Shown piece by piece: positions 30,520 to 40,843 of a stretch of DNA of 64,000 bases. The DNA is from an uncultured Thermococci archaeon. GTDB taxonomy: Archaea; Methanobacteriota_B; Thermococci; Methanofastidiosales; B48-G16. The notes beneath the pieces were generated by a model. The model ran no database searches, had not been told where the DNA came from, and worked only from the letters and a program-made list of their open reading frames with translations. The translations under genes and the position numbers were made by a program. Location: positions 192,001-256,000 of the forward strand of contig CAZQQT010000001.1 of NCBI GenBank assembly GCA_964595645.1. Direction: 5' to 3'. The first letter of the stretch is position 1. Each line of letters starts with the position of its first letter.

Positions 30520-31068
30520 ATGATCATGAGAGAGCTGAAAATAGCTGATTCCGTGTTGAGAATAACACAGGGCGATATCACAGAGCAGAATACTGAAGCA
30601 GTGGTGAATGCAGCGAATGCACGACTGGCACCAGGTGGTGGTGTGGCAGGGGCGATCCATCGTGCTGCCGGTCCAAAACTCTGGGAAGAGTGTAAAACGT
30701 TGGGAGGATGTACTACAGGAGACGCTAAAATTACCAGAGGATATAACTTGAAAGCAGATTACGTAATTCATACTGTGGGGCCTGTGTATCATAACGTCAG
30801 CAAAGATGCACAGTTACTCAAATCCTGTTATAAAAAGAGTCTGAAGCTGGCAGAAAAACATGGTATAAAAACTATCTCTTTTCCAGCTATCAGTACAGGA
30901 GCCTTTGGATACCCTATGGACAACGCGGCAGAGATTGCAATAATCACCCTCGTAGAAACCTTGCATGAGATTGAAATGGATCTTGTGCAGCTTGTTCTGC
31001 ATTCCAGTAGTTCCTATGCCGTACATGAGAAGAAATTAATGGCGATAAAAGAAAAAATGAACCCCTGA
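30520..31068 (+). CDS. Macrodomain ADP-ribose hydrolase (YmdB-like)
   Basis: GDIT, VNAAN, GGGVAGAIHRAAG, IHTVGP, FPAISTGAFGYP. Confidence 0.92.
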   Translation: MIMRELKIADSVLRITQGDITEQNTEAVVNAANARLAPGGGVAGAIHRAAGPKLWEECKTLGGCTTGDAKITRGYNLKADYVIHTVGPVYHNVSKDAQLLKSCYKKSLKLAEKHGIKTISFPAISTGAFGYPMDNAAEIAIITLVETLHEIEMDLVQLVLHSSSSYAVHEKKLMAIKEKMNP

Positions 31069-31137
31069 TCGCCGTCTCTTGGGGGATGTTTGTATTTAGG
31101 TGCTGAAAAAAGATTATTATACTATTTCATGAGATTT

Positions 31138-31365
31138 TTACTCTCTCATTCTCTTTTTTTCTATTTTTTCAGTTTTTTTATCTTTCTTTTTTACCTTCCA
31201 GTGAAGTTTCCCATCTATTTCTACACCTTCAATTTTTCCCTCTTCTTGAAGTCTCAATAATCCCAATGTAGCCTTTCCAGAGCTAATGTCCATTTTCTTT
31301 GCTATTTTTCCTGTGGGAATCGGATCCTTTGCCTCTTGTAGTATCTTGTGTATTTGTTCATACAT
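31138..31365 (-). CDS. Small winged-helix protein with basic tail
   Basis: IPTGKIAKKMDIS..LLRLQEEGKI..HW. Confidence 0.65.
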   Translation of the reverse strand: MYEQIHKILQEAKDPIPTGKIAKKMDISSGKATLGLLRLQEEGKIEGVEIDGKLHWKVKKKDKKTEKIEKKRMRE

Positions 31366-31441
31366 GGTATTCCCTCTGTACCAAAAGTTTTTTAGAGCGC
31401 AAGTATTTAAGTCTTGTCGTTATATCTTGAAAGGTGATAGC

Positions 31442-31690
31442 ATGAGCAAAATAGATGAGATTACTGAGTATCTCCAAGATTACATCGTTCAGGATACTAC
31501 AATACCCAGAAATGTGAGGAAGGCTGCATCTGAAGCTATAACCTATTTACAAGAAGAAGGTAAAGAGGATAAAATAAAGGCATATTCAGCGATAGAGGTG
31601 TTGGATGAGGTCAGCAACGATCCGAATATGCCCATGCACGCCAGAACAATTGTCTGGGAAGTTCTGAGCGAGCTCGAGAAGGTAGAGTAA
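31442..31690 (+). CDS. UPF0147 family protein
   Basis: DTTIPRNVRKAA..LDEVSNDPNMPMHART; start MSKIDE after AGGTGA. Confidence 0.92.
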   Translation: MSKIDEITEYLQDYIVQDTTIPRNVRKAASEAITYLQEEGKEDKIKAYSAIEVLDEVSNDPNMPMHARTIVWEVLSELEKVE

Positions 31691-31762
31691 CGTGAACGTC
31701 TTTTATAGCGTGCTGGAGATATCGTTCAACAGACGTGGGATAGATGTATCGTAGATTCGAGG

Positions 31763-31786
31763 TTATCTATCACTAGTTATAGATAA
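31763..31786. repeat. 24-bp near-perfect palindrome between convergent genes
   Basis: TTATCTAT-C-ACTAGT-T-ATAGATAA. Confidence 0.7.
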
Positions 31787-31807
31787 TTTCTGCAATCTGT
31801 TTTCCTC

Positions 31808-32833
31808 TTATTTGTGCGGTTCAATGATGATTTTGAGAGATTCTTCTGCTCCTGTCATTAACGTAAATCCCCTTTTTGTCTCCGAGAGAGGAAGACGGTG
31901 CGTTATCATCTTTTTTACATTGACTTTCTTCTCCCCGATCAGCTCCAGTGCATTTCTCAGATCGTCTCCGGCTGCAGCATACGAGGTTACAATTTTCACG
32001 CATTTTGACCATATATCTAACAGATCAATTGGAATCTCAATGCCCGGATCTGTAGGGGCAAAGAAGAGTATTGTTCCCCCCATATCCACGGATTTCAGTG
32101 CTTGATTGATTGCAGGTACAGCCCCTGTGGCGACAATCACCTTGTCAGCAAGTCGGCCATCATTGGATTCTTTGATCCGTTTTGGTACATTTTCTTGTGC
32201 ATCAATGGCCATGTCCGCCCCACACTTCTCTGCCATCTTCCGTCGGAACTCCGTGATATCCGTGGCAATGATTTTTTTCGCGCCCTTGACCTGTGCAAGT
32301 TGTATGTGCAGCATGCCCGAGATACCCGAGCCAATTACTGCAACGGTATCTCCTTCACTGACATCGGCGAGTCGCTGGCCCCGCACCACACAACCGAGAG
32401 GCTCGATAAAGGTACCTTCTTCATAACTGACAGTGTCGGGAATTTTCAACGTTCCTCGTTGTACGTTGATCTTTGGAACTCTGAGGTATTCGGAAAACCC
32501 TCCTGGATAAAAATTCGTCGATCTGAGCGTCTCGCAACAAGTTTCTCTCCCTGTCTTACAGTATCTACACGTACCGCAGGGGACATGATGAGTCACCATG
32601 ACCCTCTCTCCCGGCTTAAACTTTTCCACACCCGCTCCTGTTTCCACAATCTTTCCTGTTGTCTCATGTCCGAGAACACGGGGAGCATTCTTGCGTCTGT
32701 ACCATTCCATCACATCACTGCCACAGATACCCGAAGCCATGACTTTTACGAGGAGTTCGCCTTTCCCTGGAACCGGTTTTGGGACTTCCTCTATTCGTAT
32801 GTCGTCGTTTGTGTAATACATGGCCACCTTCAT
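31808..32833 (-). CDS. Zn-dependent alcohol/polyol dehydrogenase
   Basis: GICGSD, GHE, CGTCRYC..C, EPLGC, GSGISG. Confidence 0.9.
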   Translation of the reverse strand: MKVAMYYTNDDIRIEEVPKPVPGKGELLVKVMASGICGSDVMEWYRRKNAPRVLGHETTGKIVETGAGVEKFKPGERVMVTHHVPCGTCRYCKTGRETCCETLRSTNFYPGGFSEYLRVPKINVQRGTLKIPDTVSYEEGTFIEPLGCVVRGQRLADVSEGDTVAVIGSGISGMLHIQLAQVKGAKKIIATDITEFRRKMAEKCGADMAIDAQENVPKRIKESNDGRLADKVIVATGAVPAINQALKSVDMGGTILFFAPTDPGIEIPIDLLDIWSKCVKIVTSYAAAGDDLRNALELIGEKKVNVKKMITHRLPLSETKRGFTLMTGAEESLKIIIEPHK

Positions 32834-32876
32834 AGCGTACCTCTTTGTTTGGTTTATACAGCGTGGTGTACTGAGA

Positions 32877-33665
32877 TTATTTTTTCTTCAGCTGTTCGAA
32901 CAGCTCGTTTGCTTCTTCAGCTGTCGCGTTTTCGTGAATAATAGATCCTAACGCCCGCATCATTGCCATGGGGTGCTTGTGCTGCCATACATTTCTTCCG
33001 AGGTTTACTCCGATTGCACCTTTTGATATCCCGTCGTACACAAACTCAAAGACTTCTTTTTCGGACTCAACCTTTGGGCCTCCTGCCATGACGATGGGTA
33101 CTGGACATCCCTCAACGACCTTCTCGAAGTTTTCACACCAGTAGGTCTTCACTATCTGTGCACCTAATTCCGCAGCGATTCTACATGCCAATCCCAGATA
33201 TCGAGCGTCTCTTTTTTCCATTTCTTTCCCCACGGCTGTTACAGCCATCACTGGAATACCGTACTTCTGGCCCTCTTCTACCATTTTTGATAAGTTCAGA
33301 AGTGTTTGTTTTTGGTAATCGCTGCCCACAAAAATGGAAATACCGACTGCAGCAACATTCAGTCTTGCTGCTTCCTCCATAGAGGTAGTGATACCTTCAT
33401 TGGCTAGTGATCCACCTGCCATGCTCGTTCCACCAGAGACCCTGAGGATAATTGGTGTCTCTACATCTGGCGGGATGCTGTTACGCAGTACTCCTCTTGT
33501 CACGAAAAGCCCATCGCAGTACGGCATTAAATCTTTCACGGTTTCCCATGGTTTTTCTAGTTTTGTTGTCGGCCCCTGAAAGTATCCATGGTCTATAGGT
33601 AAAAAGTGGCAGTGTCCGTCTTCCTGTATCAATCTTGATAGTCTGTTCTTCATACCCCAATCCAT
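32877..33665 (-). CDS. lsrF: LsrF-like thiolase / class I aldolase (DhnA family)
   Basis: MDWGMKNRL, DHGYFQGPT, RIAAELGA.IVKTY, AGG, GRN. Confidence 0.85.
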   Translation of the reverse strand: MDWGMKNRLSRLIQEDGHCHFLPIDHGYFQGPTTKLEKPWETVKDLMPYCDGLFVTRGVLRNSIPPDVETPIILRVSGGTSMAGGSLANEGITTSMEEAARLNVAAVGISIFVGSDYQKQTLLNLSKMVEEGQKYGIPVMAVTAVGKEMEKRDARYLGLACRIAAELGAQIVKTYWCENFEKVVEGCPVPIVMAGGPKVESEKEVFEFVYDGISKGAIGVNLGRNVWQHKHPMAMMRALGSIIHENATAEEANELFEQLKKK

Positions 33666-34068
33666 ATTGATCACTTCCTTACTATCTCTTTTCGTAGTTT
33701 ACTATATTAATAATACGGTCCTCCCCTTCATACTTGCCAAAATTCGAACTCCTTCAGAAGAAACAATAGAAAAGAAAGAGTACATAAAACTTATCATAGA
33801 TGTCTTAAAGGGCGTAATTTTCGTTTAATTAAAGTTTACTATAGTTTCGTAGCAAGTCAGAGCTCCTGATGATGTTCAAATATATAAGTTCTTATTCTAA
33901 AAATACCTATAGATAGACTATTTTACGGGTTTATTGGGCACAATCCTTAGCACCGAACAAAAATTTAAAAACTGGCGGACTTGGTAGAAAATTCCCCGAA
34001 AATTTTATAAAGGAAAAAGTAATAAAGTATTATGCTACTATACTATATAGTAAAAGGAGGTTTCAAAA

Positions 34069-35958
34069 ATGAGAAAAAAAGATATGTATAAAGTTGTGGC
34101 CTTCATGGCAATGGCTGTGATGGTCTTGAGTGCTTTTAGTGGTTGCATTGGAGGGGAGGAAGAGACTCCGGCCCCTACGACCACAGCAGCACCGACAACA
34201 ACAGCACCACCGACAACAACAGCAGCACCTGAAGAACCAGGAGAAACAGAGCCACCAGAAGAAGAACATTTCAGAGAATTACCACCGGAACTTTCCGACA
34301 AATGGGAACAGTACTTTATGAACGTTGACTTTGATGGCGATGGAGTAAAGTATGTAGATGATCATTACCTTGGTAGAGACGATGCCAAAGTAGACTTTGA
34401 TGAGAAACAAGGCGGTACCTACAAGGCAATGAGCGCTGAACTTTCTACAGTAGACCCAATTCAGGTTACAGATACGGCGTCTGCTGCGCTCTGTAATAAG
34501 ATATACGACGGACTGGTACAGTTTGTCCCATACACAACGAAGGTAATGCCAGATCTGGCTAAGGCATGGGAAGTTTCCGAGGATGGAAAGGTCTACACAT
34601 TCTACATGAGAGATGATGTGTACTTCCACAACGGAGACAAGTGCACTGCCCATGACTTCGTGTTCTCTCTCGATCGAGTGACAAACCCAGACTACGCGTC
34701 TCCGCGACGATCCTTCGTCACAAACTATGTTGATACTGTTGAAGCGTTAGATGACTACACAGTAAAAATTACACTGAAGGAGCCTTTTGCTCCGTTCCTT
34801 GCGTTGCTAACGTACAACTGTTACATGGTTCTGCCGGAAGATTACGTCTCAAAGAATGAGACAGTGACTGCTGACAAAGCCGAGTACGGCTGGTACAAGA
34901 ATCCAATAGGTACAGGACCGTGGAAGTTTAAGCAGTACACCAAAGGCCTTGCTGAGTATATTCCAGGAGATCACTACACACTTGTGGCAAATGAGGATTA
35001 CCATGAGGGGCGACCGTATCTCGACCAGTGGACTGTACGGTTTGTCGAAGAAGATGATACCATCGTCCAGGCATGGAAAGCCGGACAGATCGCAGTCACC
35101 GGTGTCCCAAGTGCCTACTGGGAGGAGTTCAACGAGAAGTATAAGGATCAGTTACTCACACGCTCAGCGCTGGCAACATACTGGATGATACTGAACTGTG
35201 ATGCATGGCCGTTCAACAATGTGAAGATACGACAGGCAGTTACCTGTGCCATGGATAGAGCAGGAGTCATACAGAATCAATTCAAAGGAAGATATCGGCC
35301 GGCTCACGGACCGTTACCACCTGGCCTGTTTGGATTCTCGCAGGAGCTCTACGAAGACTACGAAGAAAACTGGACCTACAATCCAGACAAGGCGAGACAA
35401 CTTCTGGATGAAGTAGGAGCTACGGATACAGATGGAGACGGAATCCGAGAGTACGAAGGACAAGACTTGAAATTTGAGCTCTCCTCGTATGTCAGCAACA
35501 CGTACAAAGAGGCCTCAAAAGTCTGGATGGATAATCTCAAAGAGGTAGGAATTGAGATAACGTACCAGCAGTACGACTTCGCAACGATTATTGATATGAA
35601 CGACAGCGGAGACTACAAGATGCTGACACTGGGCTGGATCGCTGACTACCCAGACCCGGAGAACTTCTACATTCTCTTCGAAAGCAAGGGCATACCTGAC
35701 CCGAATGGTTCACGGTACAGTAACCCACAGGTTGATGAATGGATACAGGAGCTTAGGACGGAGAGCAACCCGGATGTACGCGAGGAACTTAGTTACAAGA
35801 TTTCGGAGACACTCCAGCGAGAGCACCCACACATCTGGTTCATGCACTCCAGAGGGACTGTCTGTGTCCATGAGTGGGTCCACAACTACGACTTTGGACC
35901 AATGGGTGGTCACCAGGAGAAACGTCTGAACATCTGGTTCGATGAGGACCACAGATAA
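34069..35958 (+). CDS. Oligopeptide ABC transporter substrate-binding lipoprotein (family 5)
   Basis: FSGC lipobox, Thr/Pro linker, PDLAKAWEVSEDG, PIGTGPW, RQAV..A.DR, GWIADYPDP. Confidence 0.93.
   Translation: MRKKDMYKVVAFMAMAVMVLSAFSGCIGGEEETPAPTTTAAPTTTAPPTTTAAPEEPGETEPPEEEHFRELPPELSDKWEQYFMNVDFDGDGVKYVDDHYLGRDDAKVDFDEKQGGTYKAMSAELSTVDPIQVTDTASAALCNKIYDGLVQFVPYTTKVMPDLAKAWEVSEDGKVYTFYMRDDVYFHNGDKCTAHDFVFSLDRVTNPDYASPRRSFVTNYVDTVEALDDYTVKITLKEPFAPFLALLTYNCYMVLPEDYVSKNETVTADKAEYGWYKNPIGTGPWKFKQYTKGLAEYIPGDHYTLVANEDYHEGRPYLDQWTVRFVEEDDTIVQAWKAGQIAVTGVPSAYWEEFNEKYKDQLLTRSALATYWMILNCDAWPFNNVKIRQAVTCAMDRAGVIQNQFKGRYRPAHGPLPPGLFGFSQELYEDYEENWTYNPDKARQLLDEVGATDTDGDGIREYEGQDLKFELSSYVSNTYKEASKVWMDNLKEVGIEITYQQYDFATIIDMNDSGDYKMLTLGWIADYPDPENFYILFESKGIPDPNGSRYSNPQVDEWIQELRTESNPDVREELSYKISETLQREHPHIWFMHSRGTVCVHEWVHNYDFGPMGGHQEKRLNIWFDEDHR
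34174..34227 (+). repeat. 3 x 18-bp coding tandem repeat (PTTTA[A/P])
   Basis: CCTACGACCACAGCAGCA / CCGACAACAACAGCACCA / CCGACAACAACAGCAGCA. Confidence 0.85.
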
Positions 35959-35995
35959 AAATTTTTCTTTTTTTTATTTTTTGAGGTGAAAAACA

Positions 35996-36955
35996 ATGAG
36001 AGAATATGTTGCAAAAAAACTGGCAATTGCAGTAGCTGTGCTTTTTGGAGTATATACTATTGTGTTTGTACTTACCTTCATGGCGCCGGGAGACCCCGCA
36101 CGAGTTTCTATGGGGCAGTTCTCAAACCCAGAAACATTGGCGTTGATACGAGAGAAGTGGGGACTGGATCAACCATTTTATGTTCAGTATTATAGATATC
36201 TATCATCATTTTTACAGGGTGATTTGGGGAGATCATACCGATTTGATGTACCCGTAGCCGATCTCCTTGTTCCGCGAATTAAAATAACATTTTATTACGG
36301 ATTCTGGGCAATTCTTTTTGCTATTGGACTTTCCGTAACATTAGGAATTATTGCAGCGTATAAACAGAATACAATTATAGATAATTTCGCCGTGCTATTT
36401 TCACAGATAGGCGTTTCTATTCCAAATTTCTGGCTAGGAATGTTGCTTATAGCCATTATCTGTGTGCAATTAGGCTGGATGAATCCAGTTCCAGAGGTTT
36501 CGACGGATCAATTGTGGACATTCCCCGGTTTCTTCGTCCATATAAAACCGTACATACTGGCGATAATTACACTGGGGACAGGAATGATGGCGACAATGAC
36601 GAGAATGACCCGATCCAGTATGCTCGAAGTGATCAGAGAAGATTATATTACTCTTGCCCGATCCAAGGGACTACCGGAAAGAGTTGTGGTGTTGAAACAT
36701 GCACTGAGGAATGCACTGATTCCTGTCGTGACACTTATCGGATTCAGCTTTCTCCTCATGGTAGGAGGAGCTGTACTGACGGAGTCAGTTTTTGGGATAA
36801 ATGGGATGGGACTGCTCTATGTGATGTCTGTCCAGCAGAGGGATTACCCTGTGGTTATCGCCAGCACGCTGATCTACGCGTTTGGTGTGGTGTTCCTTAA
36901 TTTAATAGTGGACCTGCTTTACGGTTGGATAGATCCACGGGTAAGTTTGAGGTGA
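35996..36955 (+). CDS. dppB: Peptide ABC permease
   Basis: PGDPA, GLDQP, GDLGRS, RSSMLEV..DY...ARSKGL, IDPR. Confidence 0.93.
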   Translation: MREYVAKKLAIAVAVLFGVYTIVFVLTFMAPGDPARVSMGQFSNPETLALIREKWGLDQPFYVQYYRYLSSFLQGDLGRSYRFDVPVADLLVPRIKITFYYGFWAILFAIGLSVTLGIIAAYKQNTIIDNFAVLFSQIGVSIPNFWLGMLLIAIICVQLGWMNPVPEVSTDQLWTFPGFFVHIKPYILAIITLGTGMMATMTRMTRSSMLEVIREDYITLARSKGLPERVVVLKHALRNALIPVVTLIGFSFLLMVGGAVLTESVFGINGMGLLYVMSVQQRDYPVVIASTLIYAFGVVFLNLIVDLLYGWIDPRVSLR

Positions 36956-36961
36956 TTGACA

Positions 36962-38212
36962 ATGACAGTAGATTCAGAGCGTATGAAAGAAGGTAGAAAG
37001 AACCAGGAGGAAGAGTATAAAGAATATTCAGAGTATGAAGTGGAAGAAGGATTTATAGAGGAAAATTTTAGTGGTGATTACGAAGCATACAAGGTATGGA
37101 AAAAAAAAGAAAATAGAAAGCTATATGCAGCATTTGCAGTGGGATTATTGATATTCTATCTAATAAAAAACTATGTGATAACACGAGAGAGGATGCCCGA
37201 ATGGAGCTATCGGTTGATTGCAGTAAGTCTTTTCCTTGTAGCATTCTACTTTTTTCTGAAGTATTTCTACCAGTGGCATATAAAGACAAACTATAGAGGC
37301 AGAGTGAATCCAATTCAGCGGTTCTTCATTAGATTTTATAGGAACAAGCTGGCAACTTTTGGGTTCTTCGTTGTACTAACATTCGTGGTACTGGCTGTGT
37401 TTGCGCCAGAGCTGGCAATTTATCCTAGAGCATACAGTGCTAAGTGGGGGGAATTTGCGCTTATACCTCCCTGTAAGGAGCATCCTTTTGGAACTGTGAC
37501 TAGTGGAGAGGATCTATTTTCACTTGTACTGTACGGTTCACGGATATCAGTCACGCTCGGACTCTCTGTCACCCTCACGAGATCCATTATAGGAATTACA
37601 CTCGGAGCCATTTCAGGATATTTCGGCGGAAAAGTTGACAAGTTTCTTAACTACATAAACGACGTGCTTATGAGTTTTCCGTTTTTACTCCTTATCATTG
37701 TGCTGGTCGGCGCACTCCGAGCAAATCCACAACTTAACCAGATAATGATAGATATAGGCAACACAATCGGCATGGACGCTCACCTTGTCATGGTTTTTGT
37801 GGCGTTATCCATATTCGGATGGCCAGGCACCTTCAGGGTTGTTAGAGGGCAGGTGCTGAGTATCAGAGAGAAGGATTATGTTGCAGCGGCAAAGTCCATA
37901 GGAGCAAGCACAAGGAGAATTATCTTTAGACACATTACAATAAATGCACTGGCTCCCGTGATAGTGCTGATGACCATAGGTATAGGAGGAATAATCCTTA
38001 CAGAATCGGGTCTGTCCTTTTTAGGGTTTGGTGCGAGTGTCACCACACCATCGTGGGGACGGCTCCTTTCTGAAGGAAATTCTTTCGTGACACAGCCACG
38101 GTACTTCTACCTCTGTGTCTTCCCAGGCATGGCAATATTTTTTGCCATACTCGGATTCACTACAATGGGGGATGGAGTACGAGACGCAATTGATCCGAGG
38201 ATGAAAATATAA
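36962..38212 (+). CDS. dppC: Peptide ABC permease with N-terminal extension
   Basis: HPFGT, GSRIS, EAA-like loop AAKSIGA, LSFLG, PSWG, GDGVRDAIDP. Confidence 0.92.
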   Translation: MTVDSERMKEGRKNQEEEYKEYSEYEVEEGFIEENFSGDYEAYKVWKKKENRKLYAAFAVGLLIFYLIKNYVITRERMPEWSYRLIAVSLFLVAFYFFLKYFYQWHIKTNYRGRVNPIQRFFIRFYRNKLATFGFFVVLTFVVLAVFAPELAIYPRAYSAKWGEFALIPPCKEHPFGTVTSGEDLFSLVLYGSRISVTLGLSVTLTRSIIGITLGAISGYFGGKVDKFLNYINDVLMSFPFLLLIIVLVGALRANPQLNQIMIDIGNTIGMDAHLVMVFVALSIFGWPGTFRVVRGQVLSIREKDYVAAAKSIGASTRRIIFRHITINALAPVIVLMTIGIGGIILTESGLSFLGFGASVTTPSWGRLLSEGNSFVTQPRYFYLCVFPGMAIFFAILGFTTMGDGVRDAIDPRMKI

Positions 38213-38224
38213 GAGGTGTTACAG

Positions 38225-39247
38225 ATGGAAGAAAGACTGTTGGAAGTAAAAGGAATGGTAACTCGATTTTTCACAGAAGATGGTATTGTGCAGGCGCTTG
38301 ACGAAGTAACATTTCATGTGAACAAAGGTGAGACATTTGCTCTTGTAGGAGAGACTGGATGCGGCAAAACAGTGACAATGCTTTCTGTGTTGGGTTTGGT
38401 ACCACCACCCGGAAAGGTGCTGGAAGGACAGGCGCTGTATCATAACGAAGAAATAAGGGAAGAAATAGGTATCAAGGAAAAAGGGCCTGTTGATCTCCTA
38501 AAATTATCAAATAAGCAGATGACAAAGGTGAGAGGGAACAGCATCACGCTCATCATGCAGGATCCTATGTCCTCTTTAAATCCCGTGTACAAGGCGGGTG
38601 ATCAGATAATGGAAGTACCTATGACCCATCAGAAGGTAAAGAAAAAAGAAGCAAGAGAAAAAATGAATAAGATCCTAGACCTGATGGAAATGATGCCGCC
38701 AGAGGATTATGCTGAAAAGTATCCCCACCAGCTTTCAGGTGGGGAGAAACAGCGGATCGTTGGAGCAATATCCTTGGTTGCAAATCCTGATATGATTGTT
38801 GCTGATGAGCCCACAACGAATCTCGACGTGACCATTCAGGCAAAAATTTTGGATCTATTACTAGATTTAAAAAAAGAACTTGGAACAACATTAGTACTGA
38901 TCACTCACAACCTTGGGATCGTAGCTGAGACAAGCGACAGGGTTGGGGTGATGTACGCCGGAAACGTCGTGGAAGAGGGAGATATCTACGGTGTATTTGA
39001 TGAGCCGATCCACCCATACACCCAAGGTCTCTTGGATGCTGTTCCAAACCCGGAAGAGAAGGATAAGCCTCTGCGGTTCATTCCCGGAAGTGTTCCCAAC
39101 CTAATACATCCACCTCCAGGATGTAGATTCCATCCAAGATGTGAGTATGCAACGGAGATATGCAGAAAAGAAAAGCCAGAGTTCAGAAAAATAAAGGAAA
39201 AGCGATTTGTAGCCTGCCACCATGCTGACCAGTTTGTAGGTGAGTGA
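38225..39247 (+). CDS. dppD: Peptide ABC ATPase
   Basis: GETGCGKT, LSGG, ADEPT, HPYT, C-terminal GCRFHPRC. Confidence 0.93.
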   Translation: MEERLLEVKGMVTRFFTEDGIVQALDEVTFHVNKGETFALVGETGCGKTVTMLSVLGLVPPPGKVLEGQALYHNEEIREEIGIKEKGPVDLLKLSNKQMTKVRGNSITLIMQDPMSSLNPVYKAGDQIMEVPMTHQKVKKKEAREKMNKILDLMEMMPPEDYAEKYPHQLSGGEKQRIVGAISLVANPDMIVADEPTTNLDVTIQAKILDLLLDLKKELGTTLVLITHNLGIVAETSDRVGVMYAGNVVEEGDIYGVFDEPIHPYTQGLLDAVPNPEEKDKPLRFIPGSVPNLIHPPPGCRFHPRCEYATEICRKEKPEFRKIKEKRFVACHHADQFVGE

Positions 39248-39248
39248 C

Positions 39249-40232
39249 ATGTCAGTCTTAGAAGTGAACAATCTAAAAAAATACTTTCCAGTGGAAAAAG
39301 GAATTATTCGGAAAAGTACATCCTATGTCAGAGCAGTAGACGATGTGAGTTTTAAGCTTGAAAGGAATAAGACATTGGGCATTGTTGGAGAGTCAGGATG
39401 TGGGAAAACAACATTGGGAAAAACAGTTCTCAGGCTTTACGAACCAAACGCTGGTGAAATACTTTTAAACACCGATGGACATTCAATCGATGTAGCCAAG
39501 GCAAACGAGAAAGAGATGAAAATTGTAAGGAAGAATATACAGATGGTCTTTCAGGATCCCCAATCTTCACTCAACCCACGGATGGCTGTAAAAAGTATTG
39601 TTGGGGAACCACTGATCATTCTCGGTGAGATGAAGGATGCTGAAGAAAGAGAGAATCATGTGTTAGACATTCTTCAGGAAGTCGGCTTGAAAAAAGAACA
39701 TATGGAAAGGTATCCTCACGAGTTCAGTGGGGGTCAGAAACAAAGAATTGGAATTGCTCGGGCTCTCACCGTGGAGCCGGATATAATCATCCTGGATGAG
39801 CCGACATCTGCACTGGATGTGTCAGTACAGGCTCAGGTTCTTACACTGTTGAATAAACTGCAGAGATCACGAGAGATGGCGTATATGTTCATCTCCCACG
39901 ATCTTACCGTGGTACATTATGTTTCAGATCTGGTGGCAGTGATGTATCTTGGAAAGCTTGTGGAGTATGGAGACGAGAACGAGATTTTCCATAATCCTCT
40001 TCATCCATACACAAAGGCGCTTTTATCTGCAGCTCCCCTTCCAGATCCTCACGCGCGGGAGAAAAAAGAGAGAATTATTCTTAAGGGAACAGTACCAAGC
40101 CCGATGAATCCACCGCCAGGATGCAGATTCCACCCCCGATGCTTTGAGAGGAAAGGCAGTATCTGCGAAAAAGAGATTCCCGCGATGAAGAAAGTAGGAA
40201 AGGAGCACTGGGTAGCATGCTTCAATTACTGA
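39249..40232 (+). CDS. dppF: Peptide ABC ATPase
   Basis: GESGCGKT, FSGGQKQR, DEPTSALD, GCRFHPRC. Confidence 0.93.
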   Translation: MSVLEVNNLKKYFPVEKGIIRKSTSYVRAVDDVSFKLERNKTLGIVGESGCGKTTLGKTVLRLYEPNAGEILLNTDGHSIDVAKANEKEMKIVRKNIQMVFQDPQSSLNPRMAVKSIVGEPLIILGEMKDAEERENHVLDILQEVGLKKEHMERYPHEFSGGQKQRIGIARALTVEPDIIILDEPTSALDVSVQAQVLTLLNKLQRSREMAYMFISHDLTVVHYVSDLVAVMYLGKLVEYGDENEIFHNPLHPYTKALLSAAPLPDPHAREKKERIILKGTVPSPMNPPPGCRFHPRCFERKGSICEKEIPAMKKVGKEHWVACFNY

Positions 40233-40242
40233 GGTGTTGAAG

Positions 40243-40836
40243 ATGAAGATGAGAAATTTCGGAATAATTTATATAATAGCAGTGTTGGTGGTAGCAGGGA
40301 TATATTATTTTAGTTTGCCCGATCAAGAGATTTACCTTAAAGAGAAAAGATGGTCGAACGATGAGAGTTCAATTGTGTTGGATGTGGAAGAGCAAATGAC
40401 GGTAATTTATACTAAAAAGGCGGAAAAAACAAGGACATTGATACCAGGGAAGGCAGACGTACCTGCAAATACTGATGTAACTCCAATAGATAAAAAAGAG
40501 AGATTTATTGAGCATATAAAAGATTTTAAAGAGTCTACTGACAATTTAGAGGTCAAAAATTATTTAGATTCTCTGATAGAAGATTTTGAAGAAATAGAAA
40601 CACGATATACAGGTGCCTTCACAGAAACATCTCTTCTGCTAAGAGTTCAGGAAATACAGCCGCCTTTAGCAGCCGGAATGGAACCTGTTATCATTGACGA
40701 GTATGAAGTAACCAAAAAGGTTTACATGGTGTACATCTACAAGAATGGCAAATGGGAACCTGCTGCCATGGCAGAAAAGGAAGGCAGTTCATGGGTCATG
40801 ACTGAGAAAATGATAGAGAGGTATATTCTTGAGTAA
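40243..40836 (+). CDS. Hypothetical membrane-anchored protein
   Basis: N-terminal TM; GAGGTG upstream; follows dppF closely. Confidence 0.7.
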   Translation: MKMRNFGIIYIIAVLVVAGIYYFSLPDQEIYLKEKRWSNDESSIVLDVEEQMTVIYTKKAEKTRTLIPGKADVPANTDVTPIDKKERFIEHIKDFKESTDNLEVKNYLDSLIEDFEEIETRYTGAFTETSLLLRVQEIQPPLAAGMEPVIIDEYEVTKKVYMVYIYKNGKWEPAAMAEKEGSSWVMTEKMIERYILE

Positions 40837-40843
40837 GAGAAAT

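Noticed and set aside
31138-31365. Z-alpha (Z-DNA-binding) domain
   Set aside because: Has the wing Trp but lacks the recognition-helix Asn and Tyr; treated as a generic wHTH.
31761-31788. Xer/dif site
   Set aside because: The arms do not fit the TATAA-N6-TTATA pattern I recall for Thermococcales dif sites.
33866-33872. CTGATGA as a C box or hammerhead core
   Set aside because: No downstream CUGA D box and no GAAA with supporting stems.
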